64,000 nt of DNA, from positions 1,248,001-1,312,000 of the forward strand of contig JBMNLH010000001.1 of assembly GCA_050952625.1 (NCBI GenBank), given 5' to 3'. Below are positions 1-10,790 of this stretch, piece by piece. This stretch comes from Bacillota bacterium. GTDB lineage: Bacteria > Bacillota > Ch66 > Ch109. Below the pieces are notes generated by a model. That model was given only the letters and a program-made list of their open reading frames with translations. It did no database searches and was not told the DNA's origin. Every line of letters starts with the position of its first letter. Position 1 is the stretch's first letter. Made by a program: the position numbers and the translations under genes.

Positions 1-279
1 GCCGAAAAGCACCCGGAACTTGCCCAGGAGGTATATCATTCATTTTTCCAATCCATGCAATACAGTTTGGAGAATCTATCTCAAATTGCCAGTAATGCTG
101 CCCGTTGGGAAACGCTAGAGGCTCATCTTCTGGAGCAGTACTTCGCCTGTCTGCGATTTGATTTCGGGCAGAAAAAGCAAGAGGGATTAATAACGTTTTA
201 CACAAGTGCTCATAAGCACAATTTCTTACCAAAGGTGCCCTCGTTACAGTTTTTAAATATACCTCGTTCGTTAGCTTAA
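1..279 (+). CDS. mqnA: Chorismate dehydratase MqnA, C-terminal part (5' truncated by window edge)
   Basis: Frame open from base 1 (AEKHPELAQEVY...); C-terminal YFACLRFDFGQKKQEGLITFY resembles MqnA; lies directly upstream of mqnC. Confidence 0.7.
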   Translation, partial: AEKHPELAQEVYHSFFQSMQYSLENLSQIASNAARWETLEAHLLEQYFACLRFDFGQKKQEGLITFYTSAHKHNFLPKVPSLQFLNIPRSLA

Positions 280-310
280 CTTCGAATGAGTTGGAAGGCG
301 GAAAGATTAT

Positions 311-1381
311 ATGAACACAATACCAAGATTATTAAGAGAAGTAGTTAATGGACGGCGTCTGAAACCTGCAGAGGCTTTGGTTCTTTTAGAAGAAGCAGAT
401 TTTTTAGACTTAGGACAGGCTGCAAGCGAAATTTATCGTCAGCGGTACCCTGATAACACGGCGACTTTTATTATTGATCGGAATATCAATTATACTAATA
501 TTTGTATCAGCCGCTGTCAATTTTGTGCTTTCTACCGAGATAGGCACCATTCTGAAGCTTACGTTCTAACTGAAAGAGAGATATTCGAAAAAATTGAGGA
601 TGCCCTAGCTCAAGGGGCAACACAGATAATGCTGCAAGGAGGCCTTCACCCAGACTTAGACTTGGACTTTTTTATCAATTTGGTCAAAGACATCAAATCT
701 CACTTTAACATTACGGTCCATTCCTTCTCACCTCCAGAGATCTACCATATGGCTATGGTATCGAATGTTTCGATTCGTACGGTCCTATTAAAACTGGCTG
801 AAGCCGGTTTAGATTCCTTACCCGGTGGTGGGGCAGAAATTTTAGTCGATAGAGTAAGGAATATCATCAGTCCTCATAAAATCTCCTCCAGTCAATGGTT
901 GGAGGTAATGGAAACTGCGCATGGTATTGGTCTGGCATCAACGGCCACGATGATGATGGGTGTAACAGAAACTAGAGCAGAAAGAATAAGCCACCTGGAC
1001 AAGATAAGAGATTTACAAGATAGGACCAACGGATTTAGAGGTTTTATTCCTTGGACCTTTCGCCCTGACAACACTAGACTGGGAGGAACTCATCTATCGT
1101 CAATTGAATATTTAAGAACTCTGGCCATCGCTCGCTTATATCTAGACAATTTCCCCCACATTCAAGGATCATGGTTGACCCAGGGGCCAGAGGTTGGTCA
1201 ATTATCACTTATTTTTGGAGCAGATGATTTGGGGAGCATTATGCTCGAAGAAAATGTCGTGCGAGCCGCTGGTTGTGAGAATCGATTAGACAAAGATGAA
1301 ATCATTCGGTTGATTCGAGGGGCAGGAAGAATTCCAGCCCAGAGAAATACTGAATATACAATACTGAGAAGATTTGATTGA
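311..1381 (+). CDS. mqnC: Cyclic dehypoxanthinyl futalosine synthase (radical SAM, CofH/MqnC family)
   Basis: TFIIDRNINYTNIC-CQFCAF CxxxCxxC, MLQGGLHP, SLPGGGAEIL, GADDLGSIMLEENVV. Confidence 0.9.
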   Translation: MNTIPRLLREVVNGRRLKPAEALVLLEEADFLDLGQAASEIYRQRYPDNTATFIIDRNINYTNICISRCQFCAFYRDRHHSEAYVLTEREIFEKIEDALAQGATQIMLQGGLHPDLDLDFFINLVKDIKSHFNITVHSFSPPEIYHMAMVSNVSIRTVLLKLAEAGLDSLPGGGAEILVDRVRNIISPHKISSSQWLEVMETAHGIGLASTATMMMGVTETRAERISHLDKIRDLQDRTNGFRGFIPWTFRPDNTRLGGTHLSSIEYLRTLAIARLYLDNFPHIQGSWLTQGPEVGQLSLIFGADDLGSIMLEENVVRAAGCENRLDKDEIIRLIRGAGRIPAQRNTEYTILRRFD

Positions 1382-1462
1382 TGCTGTAACTACTTATAAA
1401 ATACGAACTTAATATAAAATAAATTCAGTTCAGGTCCATAAACATTCACAGAAAGGAGACAA

Positions 1463-4291
1463 GTGATGGAAATAAACCCAAAACGGAAAATTGTGGTTTT
1501 TTTAGGGGTAATCTTACTAATCGCACTGGGTGCCCTCACTACCGATCTGTATGTGGACTGGATGTGGTTTAAATCTATCAATTTTCAATCTGTGTTCTTA
1601 ACGACTCTATTCACAAAAGTACTCTTGCGGTTGATAGTTGGTCTTGGATTTTTTACAATTTTTTTGATTAATTTTTTGGCTACTCGCCAAACTTTAATCA
1701 ACTTAACCTTAAACAAAGCACCCGACAATATAATTCGGCTCCAAAAGCCTTTTTGGGAAAAGTTTTTGGAAGGCCGGGGTTTAATCATTTTTTTTATCGT
1801 TTGTAGTTTGCTGCTGGCTTATATTTTTAGTGCGGTAGCTTCTGATAATTGGATAGTAGTTCAGCAGTATCTTCACGCGAGTTCATTTGGAATTATTGAT
1901 CCTATCTTCCAACAAGATGTAGGATTTTACATTTTTAAATTGCCATTCTATCAGCTTATTTATAATTATCTGATTGCTGGAATTATTATTTCAGCAATTG
2001 CTGTTACCATTATTTATCTTTTGAGTAGTCCGAAAGCTATTTTTAAAAAGCCCTTTACCGAATTTACACGTGCAAAAGTCCATTTATCTGTTCTAGTTGC
2101 CACATTTTTCATCATCAAGGCCTGGGGCTATAAGCTTGATTCTTATGGCCTGCTTTACTCAGCCAATGAGATTATGTATGGAGCAGGCTATACAGATATC
2201 CACGCTCGTCTCTTAGCCTATCAGACATTGTGTATAGTCGCCTTGCTTTGTGCTTTAGTTATCATTGGCAACCTTTACTTTCGCCGGCTTAAATGGGTTG
2301 GAATCAGTATTGCCCTACTTATCACTACTTCCCTGCTGCTGGGTGTGTTTTATCCGGCCATGATTCAAAAATTCAGAGTAATTCCCAATCAATTTACTGT
2401 TGAAGAACCCTATATTGCCTATAACATTGCCTATACTCAGAAAGCATATGGACTGGATAAAATTAAGCGGCAAAATTTCCCGGTGGAGAATACTTTGACG
2501 CCCACTGACTTGAAAGAAAACGAGGCTACCATTAATAGCATCCGTCTATGGGACTGGCAGCCGCTGCAGCAAACATATTCTCAGCTCCAAGAATTATGGC
2601 CTTATTATACCTTTAAAGATATGGACATTGACCGATATATGATAGAGGGCAACTATCGACAGGTAATGCTGAGTGTGCGAGAAATGGTCCAATCTAAGCT
2701 TCCGCCCCAAGCTCAGACCTGGGTTAACCAGAAATTGAAGTATACCCACGGATACGGAGTAGCTATGAGTCCAGTTAATGAAGTTACCGCAGAAGGACTG
2801 CCTACGTTCTTTATTAAAAATATCCCTCCTGAATCATCAATTGAGAGTTTAACCTTAGTACACCCTGAGATTTATTATGGGGAAGAGACTAACGACTATG
2901 TGATTGTCAATACAAAAACTTCTGAGTTTAATTACCCAATGGGCGAGCATAACGTAGAGTCTGTGTACCAAGCAGTTAGCGGGGTGCAGCTTTCATCTAT
3001 TTTCCGGCGGGTAATGTTTGCGATGGCTTTCGGGGATTATAAACTTTTGTTATCTCATGATTTAACCCCGACTAGCCAAATCCTATATAACCGCAACATT
3101 CACGAACGGGTTCGGAAAGTGGCACCATTTTTGCGATACGATTATGACCCATACCCAGTAGTTAGTGGGGGAAGGGTTTACTGGATTCAAGACGCCTATA
3201 CAGTTAGTAGCCTGTATCCCTATTCCGAACCGACTGAAGGGTGGGGGAACTATGTTCGTAATTCGGTTAAAGTAGTAATTGACGCCTATGATGGCAGTAT
3301 GAGTTTTTACGTTACAGACAATGAGGACCCAATTATCCGAAGTTACCAACTTATTTTTCCCCAACTATTTCGGCCATTAGAGGTAATGCCAGCGGATTTA
3401 AAACAACACTTGCGTTACCCGGAAGATTTGTTTTTAGTCCAAGCTAAAATGTACGCCACCTATCATATGCAAAACACCCGTATCTTCTACTATAAAGAAG
3501 ATAAATGGGGTCTACCAGAAGAGCTTTTTAATGTCCAAAAAGAAACCGTCAAGCCTTACTACACTATTATGCGCTTGCCAGATGAAGAGAAACCCGAATT
3601 TTTGCTGATGATTCCTTTCACCCCGGAAAAACGGCCTAATATGGTTGCCTGGATGGCTGCGCGCTCCGATGGTGAAAATTATGGTCAACTACTTGTCTAC
3701 AATTTCCCTAAACAAAAATTAATCTACGGCCCAATGCAAATTGAATCTCGGATTGATCAAGATGGTGAGATTTCGAAGGAGTTAACTCTCTGGAACCAGC
3801 GAGGTTCAACGATTATTCGCGGCAATCTCTTAGTTATCCCAATCAAAGACTCATTATTATATATTGAGCCCCTGTACCTTCAGGCGGAACAGAGCAAAAT
3901 GCCCGAACTCCGTCGAGTTGTCGCGGTATATGGTGACCGGGTGGTTATGGAACGGAATTTGGATGAGGCTTTAAAGAAGATATTAGGATCAGGAGCCTCC
4001 CCGCCAGTTGAATCAGAAGCCCAGACACCGGTAACAAGTGATCCAGCTGAGTCTCTTTCAACGTCTGATTTATCGAACAAGGCCTATCAAACCTTCCAGG
4101 AGGCTCAACGCCGATTACGGGAGGGCGACTGGTCTGGTTATGGGGAGAGTATTAAGGAATTGGAAGCAATTCTGCTGGAATTGCAAAAGGTTTCGGGTAA
4201 TGTCGACCCCTTGACCGAACCGCTTCCAGCACCCGCTGGAGAAGGCGGCCTAGATCCCCAACCGGTTGTTACTCCATCTGTCATAGATTAG
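1463..4291 (+). CDS. UPF0182 family membrane protein
   Basis: DWMWF N-terminus, DPIFQQDVGFYIFKLPF, GAGYTDIHA, IRLWD, YTHGYG, NYVRNSVKVVIDAYDG. Confidence 0.92.
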   Translation: MMEINPKRKIVVFLGVILLIALGALTTDLYVDWMWFKSINFQSVFLTTLFTKVLLRLIVGLGFFTIFLINFLATRQTLINLTLNKAPDNIIRLQKPFWEKFLEGRGLIIFFIVCSLLLAYIFSAVASDNWIVVQQYLHASSFGIIDPIFQQDVGFYIFKLPFYQLIYNYLIAGIIISAIAVTIIYLLSSPKAIFKKPFTEFTRAKVHLSVLVATFFIIKAWGYKLDSYGLLYSANEIMYGAGYTDIHARLLAYQTLCIVALLCALVIIGNLYFRRLKWVGISIALLITTSLLLGVFYPAMIQKFRVIPNQFTVEEPYIAYNIAYTQKAYGLDKIKRQNFPVENTLTPTDLKENEATINSIRLWDWQPLQQTYSQLQELWPYYTFKDMDIDRYMIEGNYRQVMLSVREMVQSKLPPQAQTWVNQKLKYTHGYGVAMSPVNEVTAEGLPTFFIKNIPPESSIESLTLVHPEIYYGEETNDYVIVNTKTSEFNYPMGEHNVESVYQAVSGVQLSSIFRRVMFAMAFGDYKLLLSHDLTPTSQILYNRNIHERVRKVAPFLRYDYDPYPVVSGGRVYWIQDAYTVSSLYPYSEPTEGWGNYVRNSVKVVIDAYDGSMSFYVTDNEDPIIRSYQLIFPQLFRPLEVMPADLKQHLRYPEDLFLVQAKMYATYHMQNTRIFYYKEDKWGLPEELFNVQKETVKPYYTIMRLPDEEKPEFLLMIPFTPEKRPNMVAWMAARSDGENYGQLLVYNFPKQKLIYGPMQIESRIDQDGEISKELTLWNQRGSTIIRGNLLVIPIKDSLLYIEPLYLQAEQSKMPELRRVVAVYGDRVVMERNLDEALKKILGSGASPPVESEAQTPVTSDPAESLSTSDLSNKAYQTFQEAQRRLREGDWSGYGESIKELEAILLELQKVSGNVDPLTEPLPAPAGEGGLDPQPVVTPSVID

Positions 4292-4355
4292 ATCAATGGG
4301 AGCCGCTATGAGACTATGAATAAATACTATTCAAGAGGGGTGGATAAATACTAGT

Positions 4356-4928
4356 ATGTCTACAGCACCTAAAATAGCCTGTCTCGGCGATAGCTTGACC
4401 TGGGGATTTCCCTATGGCCCAAAATACTCCTGGGTTTACCTGGTTGGGCAACGGACTGGACTAAACCTGATCAACATGGGAATTAATGGGAATACTACAG
4501 AAGATATGTTACACCGTTTTATACCCCAAGTAGTAAAAGCAAATCCCACCCATGTAATCATCATGGGTGGGACTAACGATATTATTTGCCGGGAATCTAT
4601 TCCTCGAATTACTTGCAACCTAAAGAATATTATCGATACGGCTAAGCAGCATAATATACAGCCAATTTTGGGACTGCCCATTCCTCTAGGTTGGAAGGAA
4701 GCTGAATCCCGTTTAGCTCGGGTCCGCGACTGGATAGTGAATTTTGTCATTGAATCCAACCTTTATCTGATTGATTTTTCCCGAGGCTTTTACTGGCAAC
4801 AAGACGATGGGGAACTTCAAATCCGTTGGAAATTAATGCTGGATGGATCACATCCAACTACCGAAGGCTATGTAGCAATGGCAGATCAGTTTGACGCAAA
4901 AGCTCTCGGTCTCCTGACCCAGGAATAA
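4356..4928 (+). CDS. SGNH/GDSL hydrolase
   Basis: GDSLT, GING, GGTND, DGSHP blocks. Confidence 0.9.
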   Translation: MSTAPKIACLGDSLTWGFPYGPKYSWVYLVGQRTGLNLINMGINGNTTEDMLHRFIPQVVKANPTHVIIMGGTNDIICRESIPRITCNLKNIIDTAKQHNIQPILGLPIPLGWKEAESRLARVRDWIVNFVIESNLYLIDFSRGFYWQQDDGELQIRWKLMLDGSHPTTEGYVAMADQFDAKALGLLTQE

Positions 4929-4943
4929 CAAATTATTGTCAAT

Positions 4944-5957
4944 CTACTTCTGCAGCAAATCATCGACCTCAGAAGGATCTAGAGAAGCAACTTCAATAAA
5001 CCTGGGTTCGTCATTAGCGGTCCAGTACTTGATTAACGCTAGTGGTAGATTTTTCGCATCACTGTAACGAGCAGTAATAGCAGCTGCCAGTTTAATGTTT
5101 TCTCCGGGTATAGTTTCCAATTGGGTTACTTGGTTTGTTTTTGGAAAATGCAGTATTGACAGTGGCCCAGGGTGCGAAGCAACCTTAAATAGAATATCTT
5201 GGGCACCCGCTTTATCGTATAAAATCTGGTTTTCACTCTCTTTTCGACCAACAATTAAGTAAAACCAGTTAGGGCCAAAGAAATGTCTCCCTACTTTAAG
5301 CAGTTCAAAATCATCATTGCCCGCCTCAGGATATCGTTCCAGAAGCGATTTTAGACGCTCAGCGAAATTGGGTACCGTTAGCAGACAGCCCCCGGCTGGT
5401 GAAGGATACTCATGGATTCCGTACTCTTGAGCCAGTTTAATTTGTGTTTTCCGAGAACGACCAGAAATATCCAAAAGTCGTTCTCGATCAACTACTCCCC
5501 GAATCTCGGGCAAGGTAGGAGGTAATAGTCGAGCCGAAAGCGGCCGCAGAATCAGTCCAGAATAACCGGAAATTTTTTCTACAGCCCGCATGGCATCTGC
5601 CTTCTGAGATTTAGGTCGCTGTTTAAGTACTTCGCCAGTGATTATAAAATCGGCCCCGATCTCTTCCATATATTGTCCGGCTAGTTTCAACATTAAACCG
5701 TGGCAATCAATGCAGGGATTCAGGTTCTTGCCAAAACCGTAACGAGGATTTTTCAGAAGATCCAAATATTCTTCCCCAAAGTGAATTGTATGCACTTTAA
5801 TCCCCAGGTTTTGGGCTGCTTTTTCAACCCATAAGGATTCGCCAAAAAAAGGACTGCTAAAATTAACCCCAACAACTTCTATTCCCTGGTCCTGAATCAA
5901 ACGGATGGCTAATTGACTATCCAGACCACCAGAGAGAAGGGCTACAGCTTTGGTCAT
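4944..5957 (-). CDS. ThiI-like PP-loop tRNA thiolation protein with C-terminal DUF814/NFACT-R-like domain
   Basis: Start MTKAVALLSGGLDS after GGAGG; NPCIDCH, TGEVLKQRP, PAGGCLLT. Confidence 0.8.
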   Translation of the reverse strand: MTKAVALLSGGLDSQLAIRLIQDQGIEVVGVNFSSPFFGESLWVEKAAQNLGIKVHTIHFGEEYLDLLKNPRYGFGKNLNPCIDCHGLMLKLAGQYMEEIGADFIITGEVLKQRPKSQKADAMRAVEKISGYSGLILRPLSARLLPPTLPEIRGVVDRERLLDISGRSRKTQIKLAQEYGIHEYPSPAGGCLLTVPNFAERLKSLLERYPEAGNDDFELLKVGRHFFGPNWFYLIVGRKESENQILYDKAGAQDILFKVASHPGPLSILHFPKTNQVTQLETIPGENIKLAAAITARYSDAKNLPLALIKYWTANDEPRFIEVASLDPSEVDDLLQK

Positions 5958-6062
5958 GTACCTTTCCTCCAGTCTTTCGCGATTTAATTGCTTTTGTTTA
6001 TTAACCGCCCATGCCCGGAGGCACAACCACGGATGATAATAACACAAACAACAATAAACGTG

Positions 6063-6632
6063 TTATTTGCTTATTAGCTTATCTAGCAGCTCTGGAGTAA
6101 CCTGTTCTTCAGTCAGAACTTTAATTCCTATTTTCTTTAGAAGAGCGGTAGTAACCCCATCGCCATTTATTAGACATCGATTAAAGCTGCCATCATAAAT
6201 TAATCCACACCCACAGGAAGGGCTGCTGGCTTTTAAGATTGCATAACGTACGCCGGTACTCCTAGCCAACCGAACTACTTCGAGTGCTCCTCGTAGAAAC
6301 TGCGTGGTTAAATTTTTTCCCGCCTGGTTGATTACCTGGGTACTAGAGGATTGGAAGGTATCTTCACAAAAACCCAACGGGCCAATGCCGCCATCAAGTT
6401 TATGAGCAGTTTCAACTGCATCTAAGGATAGATCATAACTTCTCAATAAGTCTTCACCTGTCCCGCCTAAAATTTCGGCCGGAATTCTAGGAGTCGGAAG
6501 CCCCCCTAACTGTTCCGGGCACACTGGCAGGAAGCAACCAGTTGCTAGTTTTTTAACCAACTCCGGCTGGATATTATTACTTCCATCATAACGACAGTTT
6601 ACACCTACTAAACAGGCACTAACCAAAATCAT
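6063..6632 (-). CDS. DUF523 (2-thiouracil desulfurase-like) protein
   Basis: MILVSACLVGVNCRYDG, PVCPEQLGGLPTPR, SPSCG. Confidence 0.9.
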   Translation of the reverse strand: MILVSACLVGVNCRYDGSNNIQPELVKKLATGCFLPVCPEQLGGLPTPRIPAEILGGTGEDLLRSYDLSLDAVETAHKLDGGIGPLGFCEDTFQSSSTQVINQAGKNLTTQFLRGALEVVRLARSTGVRYAILKASSPSCGCGLIYDGSFNRCLINGDGVTTALLKKIGIKVLTEEQVTPELLDKLISK

Positions 6633-6789
6633 AGTCCACCTCCCAGGATTAAACAAGTAAATTATACAACTTCGAGGAAGGAAATTGGTAATCTTGTGCC
6701 GAAATAGAACATCAAATTCATAATGATGGCCCGAATCTGCATTTTTTTTAGAACGGATGCCGTTGGGTTCTCGACTTTAGGGTGATCAA

Positions 6790-8079
6790 ATGTTACAAAG
6801 AACTTACATGTTTTATTCTAAAATTTTCATACTTGTCTTTATTACCCTGATCTTGACATTAATTATCCCATTTTTCTCGGTTCTTTCCACTAGGGCGGAT
6901 ACTATTCCCGTCGAGAAGGATATGTCTACTGCAATACCCGAACCAAACATAAAAAACGAGGTTTCGGCAGCTGTGCTTATGGATGCTAATTCCGGTCAAA
7001 TTCTATTTGCCTTCAACCCAGATACCCAGTTGCCGATAGCAAGTACGACTAAAATAATGACCTGTTTATTGGCATTAGAACAGGCACCGCTAGATACCCC
7101 AGTAGTTATTTCGGAAAATGCAGTGCGAGTCGAGGGTACCAGGGTTTACCTTGAGATGGGAGAAACCCAAAACATTGAAAATTTACTTTACGCTGCCATG
7201 TTGAACTCAGCTAATGATGCGGCTATAGCTCTCGGGGAATACCTTGGTAGTGGTTCACTTGAATCCTTTTCGATCATGATGAATCAACGAGCCTTAGAAA
7301 TAGGGGCTATTAATACTAATTTTGTAAACCCAACTGGTCTAAGTGATATAAATCATTACTCTACCGCATACGATATAGCCTTGATCGCACGAGAAGCGAT
7401 GATTAATCCTAAATTCAGAGAGATAGCCGCAACTCGTACCCGGCCATGGGTTGGAGAAAAATACCAGACTAACTTGGTTAACCTAAATCGACTATTATGG
7501 AGCTATCCTGGGATAACTGGCATTAAAACTGGTTATACACGGGCTGCTAAAAATTGTCTAGTCGCCTCGGCGGAAAAAGATGGACGCGAATTAATCTCCG
7601 TTATTTTAGGAGGAGGTAATAATATATGGCAGCAAACAGCCGAACTTCTAGACTACGGTTTTAAACGTTACGTTGCGCAAACCCTGGTAAACAAAGGTGA
7701 AGAAGTAACTACTATTACTTTTCCCAAGGAACACCAGGTAGGTTTATTAGCCTCCCGTTCACTTAGAGTTTCTTTACCTCGGGATAAAACGGTCAACCCC
7801 CAATCCCAAATCTGGGTGAAACCCGACCTAGAACCACCTTTAGCTGTGGGAGAGGTCGTTGGTCAACTTACTTACATCGTGGAAGAACAACAATTGGAAT
7901 CGATACCGCTAATTTTAGCGGAAGAAGTTCCAGCATATTCAAAGAGGCCTCTATTATTCATTGCTGGTGGGTTGATGGTTGCCACCGGCATCTGCTGGCA
8001 CTTATTGGAACGACCTCAGCGACTTTATTACCGTCGTCGTAAAATAGAAAGAAGGAATCGAAAACCCTTTATTTCATGA
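6790..8079 (+). CDS. D-alanyl-D-alanine carboxypeptidase (peptidase S11)
   Basis: STTK, SAN and KTG penicillin-binding motifs; C-terminal membrane anchor. Confidence 0.92.
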   Translation: MLQRTYMFYSKIFILVFITLILTLIIPFFSVLSTRADTIPVEKDMSTAIPEPNIKNEVSAAVLMDANSGQILFAFNPDTQLPIASTTKIMTCLLALEQAPLDTPVVISENAVRVEGTRVYLEMGETQNIENLLYAAMLNSANDAAIALGEYLGSGSLESFSIMMNQRALEIGAINTNFVNPTGLSDINHYSTAYDIALIAREAMINPKFREIAATRTRPWVGEKYQTNLVNLNRLLWSYPGITGIKTGYTRAAKNCLVASAEKDGRELISVILGGGNNIWQQTAELLDYGFKRYVAQTLVNKGEEVTTITFPKEHQVGLLASRSLRVSLPRDKTVNPQSQIWVKPDLEPPLAVGEVVGQLTYIVEEQQLESIPLILAEEVPAYSKRPLLFIAGGLMVATGICWHLLERPQRLYYRRRKIERRNRKPFIS

Positions 8080-8173
8080 ATTAACCCTAGGACACAAAAT
8101 ATTTGATGATTTCAGTTGTATAGACAATTTTTTGCTCTCATGCTAGAATAAAACATGGAGAGGAGGACATACT

Positions 8174-9358
8174 ATGCGCAATTTAGCTAAGAAAACAATT
8201 TATCTTGCTCTTATCTTAGTTGCATTTTTTCTTGGCGGAACGCTGGTAGCCGGTGGGTTGCCTTTTGATATACCAGGATTAAACCAAATTTTATCTAAAT
8301 CAAGTGGCGAGTTACGGTCAGACAATAATTCAGCAAAGAAAGCTAACGCTACGACACCAACAGATATTCGTATTGGCCCGACAACTATTGCTGATACCGT
8401 ATCCACGATCAGCCCGGCAGTAGTTAATATTAATACTACATTTACAACAAGCGTATCCTTGAATGATCCTTTTTTTAATGACCCGTTTTTTCAGCATTTT
8501 TTTGGTAACTCTCTAAGAAGGGAAAGTACTCAGGTAAAACACGGAATTGGTAGCGGATTTATTATTTCTCAAGATGGTTATGTTATAACTAATGAACACG
8601 TGGTTAGTGATGCGACTGAAATCAGTGTTACAGCGATTGGTTTTAATGACCCTATCCCAGCGAAGGTTGTCGGAGCAGACCACGAACTTGATCTGGCAGT
8701 TTTGAAACTGGAAACTAATCAAGAAATGCCATATATTGCTCTCGGAGATTCCAATTCAATTCGAGCTGGCGAATGGGTAATTGCCATCGGCAATCCATAC
8801 GGTCTTGATCACACTGTAACTGCTGGGGTAATCAGTGCCCTTGGTCGACCTGTTCAAATTGAAGATCGTTTCTACCGAAACCTTATCCAGACTGATGCAG
8901 CGATTAATCCTGGAAACAGTGGTGGACCTTTACTAAATTTAGCCGGAGAAGTAATCGGTATTAATACCGCAGTTAATGCTGAGGCGCAAGGAATCGGATT
9001 TGCTATTCCGATTAATACCGCTAAAGAAGTACTTGATGATCTGATAAATAAAGGTAAGGTTATTCGACCCTATTTAGGAGTTTACATGCAGCAGGTTACT
9101 TCTGAAATTGCTTATTACCTTGATTTACCGGATCTCCAAGGTGCCTTCATCAGCGAGGTTATTCCGAATAGTCCAGCGCACAAGGCTGGTCTACGATCAC
9201 GCGATGTTATTCGGAGGATTGACGATCAGGTTGTCACCAACCCCGAAGATCTACGACAAAAACTAAAGAATCATCAAGCAGGAGATAAGGCTGTCTTAGA
9301 GATATACCGCGAAAAGCAAACACATAAAGTAACAGTTACCCTGGGCGAGCAACCCTAA
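8174..9358 (+). CDS. htrA: HtrA/DegP-family serine protease with PDZ domain
   Basis: GSGFII, TNEHVV, DLAVL, TDAAINPGNSGGPL; PDZ tail. Confidence 0.92.
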   Translation: MRNLAKKTIYLALILVAFFLGGTLVAGGLPFDIPGLNQILSKSSGELRSDNNSAKKANATTPTDIRIGPTTIADTVSTISPAVVNINTTFTTSVSLNDPFFNDPFFQHFFGNSLRRESTQVKHGIGSGFIISQDGYVITNEHVVSDATEISVTAIGFNDPIPAKVVGADHELDLAVLKLETNQEMPYIALGDSNSIRAGEWVIAIGNPYGLDHTVTAGVISALGRPVQIEDRFYRNLIQTDAAINPGNSGGPLLNLAGEVIGINTAVNAEAQGIGFAIPINTAKEVLDDLINKGKVIRPYLGVYMQQVTSEIAYYLDLPDLQGAFISEVIPNSPAHKAGLRSRDVIRRIDDQVVTNPEDLRQKLKNHQAGDKAVLEIYREKQTHKVTVTLGEQP

Positions 9359-9408
9359 TTAAACCCTATTAATTATATCTTACTACTTTGCAGCATTAAG
9401 GCACAAAT

Positions 9409-9437
9409 ATGACCTGGCTTAGCCAGGTTGTTTATTT
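9409..9437 (+). terminator. Probable intrinsic terminator
   Basis: atgacctggc-tta-gccaggttgt hairpin followed by T-rich tract. Confidence 0.5.
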
Positions 9438-9641
9438 CCTTTTATACCGCAGATTAACCTCACCTCTAACAAGTATTTTGATAATAAAGAAGGTAAATTC
9501 CGAATAATATAGAATACTACAGAATTCCAATTTTTCTGTAACAAACAATTTTTACGGGCATTGTTTTAAGTATTAACTTAACTATAGGAAAGAAAGGAGG
9601 CAGGCTGGCTCTTTAATGGTAAAGTTGGTCAGCCGAAATTT

Positions 9642-10511
9642 ATGGAGCAATTCAAACCAATACCTACTCTCGGAGGAATTATGGGGTTTGGGATTTATGT
9701 AATTGTCACAACTGGCCTAGTTGGAGGGCTCACCTATGCTCTGGCTGAATCAAGTAATTTAATTAAGGCAATGCTTTTTATCCCTTTTTCTTTGTTCGCG
9801 TTAATTAGTCTTTATGTTGTATTATCTTTTTTTAATATTAAATACGTTATATCCGATTCTGCCCTTGAAATCTCCTGGGGTTTAACTCGGAAAGTGATCC
9901 CCTGGTCTTCGGTAAAAACAATCGAAAAAGTAATTGGAATGCCTAAGGTTTGGGGGGTTTTTGGAGCGCGATGGCCTGGTTATCATGTAGGTGCCTTTAA
10001 TATAACAGGATTAGGGGTTATGACCATCATCGGAACACAACTTGAAGACAATTTGGTTGTACTGCGAACTGAAAAAGGTGTCTTTGGCATCACTCCGGTA
10101 CACGGAAATTGTTTCATGGACGTCATTCAACGAAAAACTAACCTGATTGCCCAAATAATTAATCTTGATGAAAACAAAGAGTCGCTACTCCAAAACGTAC
10201 CTAGCGAAGATAATGTTTATCTGGGATTAGCTGGACTAAACTTGATCTGCCTCCTGGCCTTTATCACCTATTTAGCAGCTTTTTTCCCTAGTGCCGTACA
10301 AGCAGCTGTGGCTGCAGGTATTCCTGGCCCCCCACGTGAGCTTGTTCTTTTAGCAGTAATTGCTGCGGCTGTCTTTCTAATTAACTTAGGGTCTGCCTCG
10401 AAACTTTACCAAAATGCAGCGAGTGCTGGCTATATGATGTGGGGTCTGGGGATATTTATTAATCTGTTTTTTATCACTATCTCAGTATTTGTACTCGGCT
10501 TTGGAATATAA
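9642..10511 (+). CDS. Membrane protein with bacterial PH-like domain
   Basis: Two N-terminal TM segments, Y..SDSALEISWG...IPWSSV and GITP motifs, three C-terminal TM segments. Confidence 0.65.
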   Translation: MEQFKPIPTLGGIMGFGIYVIVTTGLVGGLTYALAESSNLIKAMLFIPFSLFALISLYVVLSFFNIKYVISDSALEISWGLTRKVIPWSSVKTIEKVIGMPKVWGVFGARWPGYHVGAFNITGLGVMTIIGTQLEDNLVVLRTEKGVFGITPVHGNCFMDVIQRKTNLIAQIINLDENKESLLQNVPSEDNVYLGLAGLNLICLLAFITYLAAFFPSAVQAAVAAGIPGPPRELVLLAVIAAAVFLINLGSASKLYQNAASAGYMMWGLGIFINLFFITISVFVLGFGI

Positions 10512-10530
10512 TTTTGTAAGTAAATAAGAT

Positions 10531-10725
10531 ATTAACTCCGGTTGTCATTACGATAAATATAACCATTTATTCGTTTATCGTGGTGCGGGCAACGCATGAT
10601 AATTCTCTGGGCGAAGCGAAGAATCCTTCCCAAGCTAAGAAGTAAGATTCTTCGCTAACGCTCAGGATAACATACATTCACTATTTTCACCGGGTGGTCG
10701 TGTCTAACCGGCATGGACGGTTAAT
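10531..10725. repeat. REP/MITE-like palindromic intergenic element
   Basis: Terminal ATTAAC/GTTAAT; inner GCGAAGCGAAGAATC...GATTCTTCGCTAACGCTC inverted pair; lies between convergent genes. Confidence 0.55.
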
Positions 10726-10790
10726 AAGATAAACATAATAGGATTTCTCTTGGCTATTGATTATTAATCTAGTTTTTTTCTACACTTCGC

